Of a stretch of 64,000 nucleotides of DNA, positions 53,064 to 64,000 are shown piece after piece; position 1 is the first letter of the stretch; the number at the start of each line of letters is the position of its first letter. Where the stretch lies: NCBI GenBank assembly GCA_951406725.2, contig OX597815.1:174964001-175028000 (forward strand), given 5' to 3'. The stretch comes from Octopus vulgaris (taxonomy: Eukaryota). The notes below the pieces were generated by a model. The model worked only from the letters and a program-made list of their open reading frames with translations, was not told where the DNA came from and did not search any database. The position numbers and the translations under genes were made by a program.

Positions 53064-53091
53064 GTAAGTTTGCTATATTTCTCTTTTCTTA

Positions 53092-53432
53092 AGGCGGCGA
53101 GTTAGCAGAAACTTTAGCATACCGGGCGAAATGCTTAGCTGTATTTCGTCTGCCGCTACGTTCTGAGTTCAAATTCCGCCGAGGTGGACTTTGCCTTTCA
53201 TCCTTACGGGGTCGATAAATTAAGTACCAGTTACGCACTGGGGTCGATATAATCGACTTAATCCGTCTATCTGTCCTTGTTTGTCCCCTCTGTGTTTATC
53301 CCCTTGTGGGTAGTAAAGAAATAGGTATTTCGTCTGTCTTTACGGTCTGAGTTCAAATTCCGCTGAAGTCGACTTTTTCGACGGCTATAAGTTAACTACC
53401 AGTTGCATACTAGGGTCGATCTAATCGACTGC
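53092..53432 (+). mobile_element. Young tRNA-derived SINE with partial internal duplication
   Basis: GGCGGCGAGTTAGCAGAA head, GAGTTCAAATTCC B-box, CTTTGCCTTTCATCC core; CpGs intact. Confidence 0.8.
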
Positions 53433-53446
53433 CCCCTCCTCCTTCC

Positions 53447-54580
53447 TCTCGTCAATGTATGTTTTCTTGAATGTCTTTGTTGTTTATTTTGGAAAGACTT
53501 GCCCCCCCCACCATTTTCTCAGAAATTTGTTAATTTTTGTAATTGTTTTTGTCAAAAATCCCAGTTTTCGGATACGGAGGTTCCGGAAAATTGCCAAAAA
53601 TCAGCATTGGGAAATTCCCCACCCTCTTTCCCCCCAAACTTCTTCAATTTTGACTTTTTTTTCCCAACACTAACCCTAACCCTAAACGGTTGAAATGTTT
53701 GTTCGAATCATGATGTCCGTATTTTTCCGCATATTTAGAAAAAAAAAAAAAAATCTTAGAAAAACATTTTAGAAAGATTTTTGTAAATTTTTTTCAGAAT
53801 CACAATCTCCGTATTTCCCCGCATATTTTGAAAAAAAGAAAAATTATGAAAAAAGTTTTAAATGAAGGAAATGGGGTTGGGGTGTGGTAATTTAGAAATG
53901 TCGATTTTTGCCAATTTTTTCGCAGATTCGTATTTCCCATAGCGGAAAAGGGGGTGGGGTCGGAAAAAATTGGAGGGGGCGGACGGGCGGAAGTTTTGCC
54001 AAAATGACCGTAATTTTTCTTGGAGAAGTTAACAAGTCAATGAAGTGTTTAAATGTCAATATTTTTCGAAAATAAACCTGATTTGGTTATAAAAATTTAG
54101 GGCAGGCAGCAAAAGGCGGTCAGTCCACGTTTTGGCGGTCAATATAAAGACCTTCACCTGGGAACAAAATAAAAAAAAAACTAATCAACCTGTGGGGTGT
54201 TAACAAATGTGTGGAAAACGAATATGAGAAAAAAATGCGCGCTGACAACCTTGGCGGCGTGGGGAGGGAACTTTCGGAAAATTCACAAGATCCGATTTTT
54301 CCGTCGTAACTTTTGGGAAAATGGATACATATTGATTTTTTTTACGGAATCTCACGTTTTAGGGTTTGGCAATTCCGATTCTGAAAAAGATTTTCAAAAA
54401 GCGCAACTTCAAAATTTCTGCCCCCCCCCTCTTCATTTTCCACTTTTTACGGAATTTATTTTGGCGAAATACATAGAAAAATACGAAGATTATGATTCTG
54501 AAAAAAAATTGTTTGTAAAATTTCAATTTTTCAAAAAAAAAAAAAAATACCCCCTCCCCACCTCAAACAGGCTATTGACA
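53447..54580. mobile_element. Foldback/MULE-like non-autonomous element with modular subterminal repeats
   Basis: TTCAGAATCAYAATCTYCGTATTTYYC modules at ~53700-53830 occur inverted at 54470-54510; GTCAAT...ATTGAC ends. Confidence 0.5.
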
Positions 54581-54749
54581 TGCTAGAAATAACAGCCAGA
54601 TCTCACACAACTGCGATAACATTATGAAAGAAATGTGTAATCAATCTACTCACCTTTCTGCAAAGATTTCTTTCAGAGTAATTTCCTGTAGTAATATGAA
54701 ATTAAAGTTTTTTTTTTGTTTTGAAAGTTACAAAAAATATGAGTTTTGT

Positions 54750-55538
54750 CATGAGCTTGTTCATCACCATTTTCTCGCTACCCACCAGTTTTTGCAGTTG
54801 CACCAATATATCGTTGGGAAAGCCATTCACAAAAGCCAATCTTGCTGCCTTCTCTTGACCTGCTCTGGTAAAACCAGATATGGTCAGTCTCTGAACCTCT
54901 GCGGTACACTTGTCAGCCTATTCCCTTGTCCATCTGATCATTCCCAGCTTAGCAAATGTGGCGTACATTCCCTCCATATAGGCTTCCTTCAAGTGTTGCT
55001 CAATCTTTGCCATGCTCAGTTGGCCTTCCTTGTCCATCTCAAGGTACAGCAACAACATGCTTCCCTCCAGATACAGAGCCATGGGACCTGCCTCATCATC
55101 GATGCCTTGTAGCTTGACCACCACCTTGATCTTAGGGATCCAGGCGATTACATCTCTTTTGCCACAAAGATCTGATGGCATCACTACTGATTCTCAGCTT
55201 TGTTGCCATTTCATGGAAGGGGACAACAGTGGGAAAATATCTTTATATACTAAATCCAAAATAGCGTGTGGTATGAAGGGACTGTAATGTGGGGAATAAA
55301 ATACAGCTCACTTACCTCTCGTTGCTGGCTGTCCAGCTTGTGTTAAGTCCAAGCAAGTGCCCTGCCCATCTCACCTAATGTTAGTAACTGCTACTATCAA
55401 TCCCTGCTGGGTCGCTTGCTCCACTTGCGTCCATTCACCACTACCCCTAGCCGAAAGGGGACGTCCCTGTCTTGCTTCCCTCACTTCCACTCACCCCGCT
55501 TCCTTTTATGCTGGGTCTCCTTAACCATTGACATTACA
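54750..55538 (-). mobile_element. Truncated Gypsy element: LTR (55283-55538) plus gag remnant
   Basis: TGTAATG...CATTACA LTR termini; gag-like DVIAW..K...KLQGI.D......LYLEG...LYLEM. Confidence 0.7.
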
Positions 55539-57077
55539 GCCCTTTCCTTCTGGTTCATCTCATCCCTACAGTGACATAGAAAGGATGTTAAATTCTAATT
55601 TTGAACAAGTGGTGCACTATTCAATCATCATTGTTCCAAAACGAAAACACTGCTACACACCAATACCATTTGTGATCTGCTTTTTGCAAGTGATGCTGCT
55701 CAAGTAGCAACAACCTCCTTAGAGGATGCTCAGGAACATTACATGCTTTGCTGCATGTAAAGCCTTTAGTTTGACCATCAGCATAAAGAAGACAGAAGTG
55801 ATTGACCAACCTTGCCCTACTCCTAAACAAATTCAAAGCATCAAACAGAGGCTGCTGGTTCACAATTTCCTTGACACTCCTATACAGGTTGATGGGGCAA
55901 ACCTAAAGTACGTGAAGCCATTTACATATCTAGGTCGTAAAGTGAACTCGAGCATGTTTCTTATTATAAAATTCATACCCATACAATGCTTCCATCATGA
56001 TGGATAGGTTTTCACATAAGCCCTGTATTGCCAGATATCTTGGTCCTTTATTTCCTCTGTGATGCTCAGCTCCTGAGGTTAGCCTTCATTACTTCATCCC
56101 ATGTCTTTCTGGGTCTACAGCTGTCCTCATCCACACACATTCTATGTCCATATCAATGGTCTTCTTTCTTGCACACTACATCTAATTCTTCTTAGGTTCA
56201 GTTTTTCTCTCAGCACATTCATTATATGACATTCATCCTCACTTAAATTGCGCATACAAAGGAGTGTGCTAATGTCATTGCTTTCTAATCTTCTCATACC
56301 TTCTGCATTCAAGGCCCAGGTCTCACTACCATGTAGATTTGCAATTCTAAGATAAACATCATTCAATCTGTGGGAAAATATCTTTGTTGTTAGTAACGGT
56401 AGTAGCTCCTTAAATTTTTTCCAACCAATTCTTACCCTGAATATTATACTTCCAGAGCAGCCTCCTCCTTGGTAATTACATCTAAGTAACAGAAGCTGTC
56501 AACTACCTTCAGTGAACAGTCTGGGCATTTAAGAGACTTGATTTCTAGTATGTTTCTATGAACTGTTCCAGTGCATCTGCTGCATGTGAAGATTACATTT
56601 TTGCATAGTCTGCCTGTGATACCATTACATTTCCTGTGTGTCCATAGCCCAATAAATATATGGAGTTTATACCTACTCCTTTTTTGCATATTGAGCAAGA
56701 CTTTTTCCCTGAATGTAACCAGGTTCCTGTCTTCTTTCATCATCATCACCATCCTTTAACATCCATTGTTCATGCTGGCATGGGTTGGATGGTTTGACCA
56801 GAGTTGGCAAGCTGGAGGGCTGCACCAGGTTCCAGTCTGATTTGGCTTGGTTTCCACATCTGGATGTCCTTCCTAACGCCAACCACTTTACAGTTTATAC
56901 TGGGTGCTTTTAATGTGGCACCAGCACAGGGTTCTTTCTTATGTGTTAAAACCCTTTGTCTGTCTGTGTGTTTTTTTTTATACATTTCATTATTTCAAGG
57001 ACCACTCTCTGTTTAACAAGAAAATTGAAAAAAATTCACACTTGTCATGTGACTTTCCAACATTAATTTTTAATTAA

Positions 57078-57295
57078 CCCTTTAGCGTTCAGATTATTCT
57101 ATCAAACATAATACCTATTGATTCCCATTGATTTGAATTAATCATGCATTACCTCATATCTTCAAGATCTTGATGGTGTAATTACTTAATGTAGAATAAC
57201 ATTGTAGGGTAGGTGTGAGAGCCTGGATCTGGTCAGTTGAACATAAAACAGATTAACTATTTTGGCCGGATATGGCCGGTTTAAATACTAATGGG
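57078..57295. mobile_element. piggyBac-type MITE
   Basis: TTAA|CCCTTTAG ... CTAATGGG|TTAA. Confidence 0.8.
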
Positions 57296-57436
57296 TTAAA
57301 CCTTTCAGAAAGAATTGTTATTCATATATTAATGCTGATGACTAAGAAATGAACTTTTAGGTTTGAAGCTACCTATTATGCACATTTAAATCATAAATGA
57401 TTACAGATTGGCAGTGAACTGAAGTATAAAAGCACC

Positions 57437-57520
57437 ATGGATGAGAAACTGATTGCATTGGCTGACGAAAGAAAGGCAGACGAACTGAGCAAGGTTTTAA
57501 AAGATGTTGACAAAAATCAG
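57437..57520 (+). CDS. FANCI: Fanconi anemia group I protein, first coding exon (MDEKLIALADERKADELSKVLKDVDKNQ); exon starts at 57407
   Basis: Aligns to the FANCI N-terminus MDQKILSLA..K.ADKL; Kozak ACCATGG; CAG|GTAAGG donor; 84 coding nt. Confidence 0.88.
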
Positions 57521-58619
57521 GTAAGGACTTGTCATTTTGTCCCGAATCTCTGCTGAAGTTGATCACATTATCTTTTGTCTTCCCTGTTCCATGCTGATAT
57601 GGGTTGGATGATTTGACTAGATCTGACAGGCCCACTGATTGCATCTTACTCCAATATCTGCTTCCTTATAGTTTCTATGACCAGTTGACTTTCCTAATGC
57701 CAACCACTTCACATTGTATACTGGGTACCCTTTTTTTTATGTCACCAACTCCAGTGAGGTCGCTATACAGCTTGCAAGATTAAAATCCCTTGTAACTGAG
57801 TGTCTTAAATTCGTCTGTTATTGCCTGGAGGACTATGATGAACAAGAGGAGTCTGAGGACCAATCCTTGGTGAACTCCTATGTGTACACTGAATTCATCA
57901 CTATACTTGTTGCCAACCCTCACCTTACTGACAGCATCACTGTACATGGTTTGTACAGCTCTTACTTATCACTCATCTATCCCTACTTTCTACATTGACC
58001 ATCAGATTAGGGATTGGTGGACCCGTCAAAGGCTTTCTCCAAGTCAACAAAAGCCAAGTACAGAGGTTTATCTTTGGTTATGCATTTCTCCTGCTGCTGC
58101 CTTACCAGAAATATAGCATTGGTGGTGCTTCTCCCTGCCACACACATATTTATCTGTGTCTCTGTCCCTCACTTGACAACTGGTGCTGGTGTGTTTACGT
58201 CTCCATAACTTAGTAGTTTGGTAAAAGAGACCAATAGAATTAGTACCAGGCTTAAAATAAGTACTGGAGTCAGTTCATTCAACTAAAAAGTTGTTCGAGG
58301 CAGTGCTCCAGCATGGCCACAGTCAAATGACTGAAACGAGTAAAAGATATATGTTGTTCGTGTAAGGTATGGAAGAGTAGGTGATGACTAGATACTGGGT
58401 AGGGTTGATCAGTGATAACAAACATAGAAGTTAAATGTAAATGTCTCTGTGATCTCCAAGAAGCCTGAAATATTTTGACCAAGACATTATTACTCTTAAT
58501 TGTAAACACCAAGGAACAAACAAGGGTCGCTACTTTTATCGTGAAGTGCAAAAGTTATTTCGAATGATAAGGGAGGTAACTAGTTTCCTCATGTTTATAA
58601 GAATATTATTTTATATTCT

Positions 58620-58799
58620 ATGTAAAGTATAATAGCTATCTCAATATGGCTAACCACAAAGGGTGGGTGTTACTGTAGCTTTTAGCCTCAGATCATCGTC
58701 TCCAGCTGACTTTAGGCACACTATCTGTGCACTTATGGTATTTGCAAAGGGAGGCCATCCCTTTCTCGTAGAGAAAGGGATGGCTATTATACTTTACAT
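58620..58799. mobile_element. Small MITE
   Basis: TIR ATGTAAAGTATAATAGC / GCTATTATACTTTACAT. Confidence 0.7.
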
Positions 58800-58922
58800 T
58801 GTCGAGTGGTTACTGTTTACATCTCGTTCAGAGATTTAATAATGCTATTTTATATTCATTTATGAAAAAAAACAAAAATTGTCAGAGATAATAATCTCTT
58901 TGTCATCTCTTTTCGTATTAAG

Positions 58923-58998
58923 GTTGACAAGTTGTTAGAAGACCGTATTGTGAAAGAAACCAGTCAACCCATAGCGCTAATAAAGGCTCTCTTATATG
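58923..58998 (+). CDS. FANCI: FANCI coding exon 2 (VDKLLEDRIVKETSQPIALIKALLYG)
   Basis: AG / GTAAGC, phase 0 to 1; aligns to LTNLLQNQAVKG...ALLRAIFKG. Confidence 0.85.
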
Positions 58999-59304
58999 GT
59001 AAGCTTTTTTTGTCATCTGTCCAATTTATTTTTATTAATATGCATTTGAATTGGGTTTCTGTTGAAAAACTTATCTTTTCTCCTTTATTTGTTTCAGTCA
59101 TTAGACTGTAGCCATGCTGGGGCACTGCCTTGAAGAACTTTTAGTCAAATGAATCTATTCCAGTACTTATTTATTTAAAATCCTGGTGCTTATTCTATCA
59201 GTCACTTTTGCCAAACCACTGAGTTATGGGAATGTAAACACACCAACACTGGTTGTCAAGCAATGTTAGGGCACAAACATAGACACAATGATACACATGC
59301 ACAC

Positions 59305-59790
59305 ATTAGAGGGAAAAGGACAACAAAAACCAAGGCAGGACAAGTATCTCAAGTCATTTAGAATATTTAATTAAGGTAAGGGTGAATTATAGCTGTTTCT
59401 CAAGTGATAGGCTAGCATGTCCATACACTGGGTATTCCATCATTGGAGACAAGGTATGTATGAAAGTTCTAGACAGAGACATTCAGTTTGTAAGGAATAA
59501 AATAGTAAATGGAAGAATAGTTTTCTATCTAATATTTTATTTTTCTATTTATTATTCTTCCATCTAGTATTTTATACCTTATAAACTGTGAATTTCCCTG
59601 TCTAGATATTTCATACATACTCACCTTGTCTCTGATGACAAAATACCCAGTGTATGGACAGGCTAGCCTATCACTTGGGATATCTGAGAAACAGCTGTAA
59701 GACTTCAAATTCACCTTAACCTAATTAAATATTCTAAATGACTGGAGATACTCGTCCTGCGTTGGTTTTTGTTGTCCTTTTTCCTCTAAT
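59305..59790. mobile_element. Palindromic foldback MITE (~215-bp arms)
   Basis: ATTAGAGGGAAAAGGACAACAAAAACC... pairs with ...GGTTTTTGTTGTCCTTTTTCCTCTAAT along the whole arm; AT-rich loop. Confidence 0.88.
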
Positions 59791-60119
59791 ATAATATATA
59801 CCTGCTAAATCAGAAGCCTTATATGGATCCCTAGCTCTAGCCTCTACTGTGAATTTGGAACCTAACGGTCAACCAACTATAGCACTTACTCAGTGTACCT
59901 ATTCGTTTAGATCACCAGTGAAGTAAACCTCTCATATTCTCTCTCTCTGCGCACATACACACATATACAAATGATTAAATACGTAACATTTTTCTATTTT
60001 ATTTAAAAGCTACTCACTGGAATTCAAAGAAATTTTCACAGAATGTGTAAAAGACGTGCAGTTCTGTAAAACAACACAAAAACTATTGCCATTTACCAAA
60101 TTTAAATAAACTTTCACTC

Positions 60120-60333
60120 TCTCTTTACTCTTTTACTTGTTTCAGTCATTTGACTGCGGCCATGCTGGAGCACCGCCTTTCAGTCGAGCAAATCGACCCC
60201 AGGACTTATTCTTTGTAAGCCCAGTACTTATTTTATCTGTCTCTTTTGCCGAACCGCTAAGTGACGGCAACGTAAACACACCAGCATCGGTTGTCAAGCA
60301 TTGCTAGGGGGACAAACGCAGACACACAAACAT

Positions 60334-60364
<31 letters not shown>

Positions 60365-60531
60365 CATATATACGACGGGTTTCTTTCAGTTTCCGTCTAC
60401 CAAATACACTCACAAGGCTTTGGTCGGCCCGAGGCTATAGTAGAAGGCACTTGCCCAAGGTGCCACGCAGTGGGACTGAACCCGGAACCATGTGGTTGGT
60501 AAGCAAGCTACTTTACCACACAGCCACTCCT
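60120..60531 (-). mobile_element. Full-length tRNA-derived SINE
   Basis: Reverse complement of 16315-16725 with high identity. Confidence 0.88.
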
Positions 60532-61434
60532 GTTTCAAATTATTCGCAAAGTGTAATTAAAACTTATGTAAACAAGAAAATACCAATTTAATTGTTTTAT
60601 GTACATGTTAGAATGAACACTTACAGTCATAGACATGGAAGAAATAGAAATAGACAAGTAAGCAGCATTCAGAAACTTAGCAGTTCGGCAAAAGAGACCA
60701 ATAGAATAAGTACTAGACATATAAAGAACAAGTCCTGGGGTCGATTTACTCGACTGAAGGTGGTGCTCCTGCATGGCCACAATCAAATGACTGAAACAAG
60801 TAAAAGAGCTGTAACAAATTTTCAAATTTTTTCACTGATAGTTGATAACTTTCTAATTATTTTAAATATTTCTAATGTTGATTTACCTTTTGTAAGTTCA
60901 GAAGTAATAGCAGATTTCTCTGAAGCAGTTAAGTCACATTTATGACCCATAATTACACAATTATCAGACCACTCTTAATAATTTGGAACACTGAAAGTTT
61001 GTGGAAATCATGCAAGTGGCTGCGATTTGTTTACACTTGTGCAAAACCTCATGTTTTTTTTATGCACCACGTGTATATAACTGTTACTATCATTCTGTGG
61101 AGCTTTCATTGAATTTCAACGAGTAGCTTTTAAATAAAATAAACGAACGTTATATTATTAATAATTTGAAATGCAGAGATGGCAAGGGTGCATGAGATGG
61201 AGTGGGGTCAGAGGCAGGGCTGACAGAGAAAAGAAACTTTATATATGTAGGAGTAGTTTGTAATAAAAGTACCTTAGAATACTTTCAAATGTTTAAAGGT
61301 TCCCTCAAAGGATTCAATAGCTTGTGTCACCTAGGTCAATAATTTGTTCCTGTTTATATAACTTGCTGCAATATTCATTTATAGACACTTGTACTTATAG
61401 CGTATTTAAAGGTACTTATGTCTTCTCTACACAG

Positions 61435-61565
61435 GATATTCTTTGAAAGAAGAGGACAGAGCTGGAAAATGGTTGGACATCTATTTGTGCTGTATTAATT
61501 GTCTTCAGAAAAAAGACCAACATTCAAAGGTTTCTGAAAATGTCATAGATTTCCTTATTTGGCAG
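61435..61565 (+). CDS. FANCI: FANCI coding exon 3 ((G)YSLKEEDRAGKWLDIYLCCINCLQKKDQHSKVSENVIDFLIWQ); gene continues beyond window
   Basis: ctctacaCAG / GTAAGG, phase 1 to 0, 131 nt; aligns to EE......IY.CCI..........I..L. Confidence 0.87.
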
Positions 61566-62463
61566 GTAAGGTTTTTGATTTATTTTGAGAAGAGTAGCCC
61601 AAGACATTTCAGATATTGCTCACTTGGAAGTCTGAGTTTTATTACTCATCATTTAATGTTCTTCCATGCTGGCAAGGCTGGAGAGCTGCACCAGTTTCCA
61701 TTGTCTGCTTTGGCATAATTTCTATGGTTGAACACACTTCCTAAAGCTAACCACTTCACAGAGTGTACTGTGTATTTTTATGTGGCACCAGTGGGGTTGT
61801 CAAGTAACTTGTGAGATGAAGACCTCTCAGCTGGGAGACAGAGTGGAACCAGAAGATGTAGACTCGTGCCAGAGATTAGAATATAACTGAAGGATAGAGA
61901 TTGGTGTCTTACTGTAGAGGAGATACTTTTCCTGTGGGAAAAGACAGGAGAGATGGGGTTAGAGGTGCATCAGGATCTACTCTCAGCTAGTTGTAGGGTG
62001 GGGAGTATAAGTGGTAGAGAAGGGATGGAGATGGATGTGTTCATAAGAGTGTGCGGGGAGATATTTTGAGGTGGGGAAGAGGTGACTAACAAGTGATGGT
62101 GAGAGAAATTGGAGTGGCTGGTAGATATGTGAGGGTATGGCAAGTGTGGAGAGAGGAGGGGCCTTTAGTGGGTGGTGGGATGGGGGTATAGCAGGAAGAT
62201 GTGTGCATAAGGGATTGGGGTGTATGGTCTGCCATGAGTTTGCTTATGCTAATTCATAACACAAGAGAAATAAAACTTAATACTGAGAAACTAAACCATG
62301 AGATATTAAAGAAAAATAAACTTATAAAAAGAAAAAGGTTCTAAACAAGTTGATAAATCAAAAACAGCTCAAAGCATTGTGAAATGCAATAAAAGAAATT
62401 AGTATCTGTTTCTTTCTTATCATATAATATAATAATATATATGCGTGTGTGTGTGTGTATATA

Positions 62464-62940
62464 TCATTGTCGTCGTTTAACATTCACTTTCCATGCTGCC
62501 ATGGGTTGGACGGTTTGACTGAAAACTGGTATGCCGAGGACTACACCAGGTTCCAATCTGATTTGGAAAGGTTTCTATGGCTGGATGTCCTTCCTATTGC
62601 CAACCACTTTGAGAGTGTAGAGGGTGCTTTTTACATGCCACCAGCACAGGTGCCATTGAGCTGACACCGGCATTGGCCACAACTACAGTTTGACTTGGCT
62701 TGACAGGTCAACGCAAGCACAGTATATAGCCAAGAGTCTTGGTCACCTGTCACTGCTTCCATAAAGCCCAATACTCAAATGGTACTTTTTACATGCCACT
62801 GGCACAGATGTCAATCAGAAGGCACTGGCATCAGCCACAACTACAATTTCACTCTGTTCAACAGGTCATCACAAGCACAGCATATTGCCCAGCGATTGAA
62901 GGATGCTTTTAACAGGCCAGTTACGTGACACTGGCATCTA
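62464..62940 (-). mobile_element. RTE 3'UTR fragment
   Basis: Tail and core as in the other copies, plus tandem units. Confidence 0.7.
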
Positions 62941-64000
62941 TCTGTATATATATTTCGCAGTTGTTTCTTGTGGGAAGTGTCTGCGGAGAGGTGGACTGTG
63001 CTGTTGTTGGCTGTGTAGATATCACATCAACAGTTATTGGATATAAACTACCAACTCCTGTCTATGTGTCCACTGTCACTGAGGTTAATGTCCAGATTTT
63101 TAATGTTTTTTTCAAATTGGGCAGGTAGCAAAACAAAATGTATGTTGGAAGACCCAGGGGTGCATCTAATCTGGGAAAGAATGATAAAGTAAAATGAGAG
63201 GGATATGATTGAAGAAGAAAGGTGGGTGCATTAATTAGTTCAGTCTGGTGATGGTATATGGACGACAAGGTCAACAAGCACAAACCATTAAAGAATAAGT
63301 GAAAGTGCAAGTGTGTGTGTGTTTTAGATAAGTTAGTTCTGTTCAAATTATATTCATTTTTATTTTTATGAATGGTTTTTGATGGGTTAAGTAAATAATT
63401 AAATGAAGTAGCTGTGAAGATAAAATGTTAGTTTAACAACTGCAAGAATTTATAGCTGAGTGTAGGTCTGAAGCAATTTAGTACTTTAGGGTACACCAGG
63501 AGATCAGTTTTGCTGGGAGTAGAGTATGTCACTGCTTGAATTAATTGCAGTATAGTACTGGTACTTATCAACCTTAGAGGAATCCATGCTAGAGTCTCTC
63601 CAGAGAGAAACAAAAGCACTGAGGACAGCAGTGTGTGTATGTGTATTTATATTGTCATTCTCATTTTGCCCTCTGTGTATATCTATGACATCAGTGGCAG
63701 ATGCTTTATCTCATGTCCAAGAATTTAGTTTCTTTGTTGAACGCTTCCTGTATAGTGACCAATTCTTGCATAGAAGAGTCGATGGCATTGACTACATGGT
63801 TATATTGGTGGAGGTCAAGGTTGATTTAGTTGAGCCTTTCTCTCCTGTCATTTGATTTCTTCTTTTTCTCTTCTGGTGGCTTCAAAGTTTTTGGTTCTGA
63901 TGGTGATGGAGCACTGCCACTTGGTATGGTCTTGGGTTTGTGTTTCAAATGAGTTAAGCACAAGTCTAGTGACTTTCAGTGTTGTTTTGGGTTGGTCTTG

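Larger units (their letters stand above)
55600..58140. mobile_element. RTE fragments in FANCI introns (BovB-like plus 55600-55960; RTE minus 55990-56940 and 57560-58140)
   Basis: LTISIKKTEV, FTYLG, LHGSETW, VVDSFCYL and AFVDLEKAFD motifs. Confidence 0.7.

Noticed and set aside
62960-63128. Candidate next FANCI exon after tttcgcag
   Set aside because: No similarity to the expected FANCI segment and it runs into a stop

Overview
AT-rich, repeat-dense animal genomic DNA; its SINE/RTE repertoire and microsatellites resemble an octopod cephalopod (inference). Three spliced host genes were read by hand. NMNAT (minus) has coding exons 6457-6550 and 130-218 and continues off the left edge. PAIP2 (minus) appears complete, with exons ~42536-42880, 38029-38145, 34909-35037, 23521-23655 and 21852-21911 plus a ~4 kb 3'UTR. 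FANCI (plus) has a 5'UTR exon ending at 53063 and coding exons 57437-57520, 58923-58998 and 61435-61565, and continues off the right edge. The rest is mostly transposons: a CRE-like LINE split by an internally deleted Gypsy element that itself carries a MITE, a near full-length CR1/L2-type LINE, a HERO-type LINE, many RTE fragments, SINEs, Helitron/Helentron derivatives and palindromic MITEs. The best leads are a tandemly duplicated phase-0 middle exon in PAIP2 (candidate alternative or mutually exclusive exons altering the PABP-binding PAM1 region, with a shared upstream intron motif), hammerhead-core-like motifs in the HERO 3'UTR, and an E2F/CHR-like FANCI promoter.
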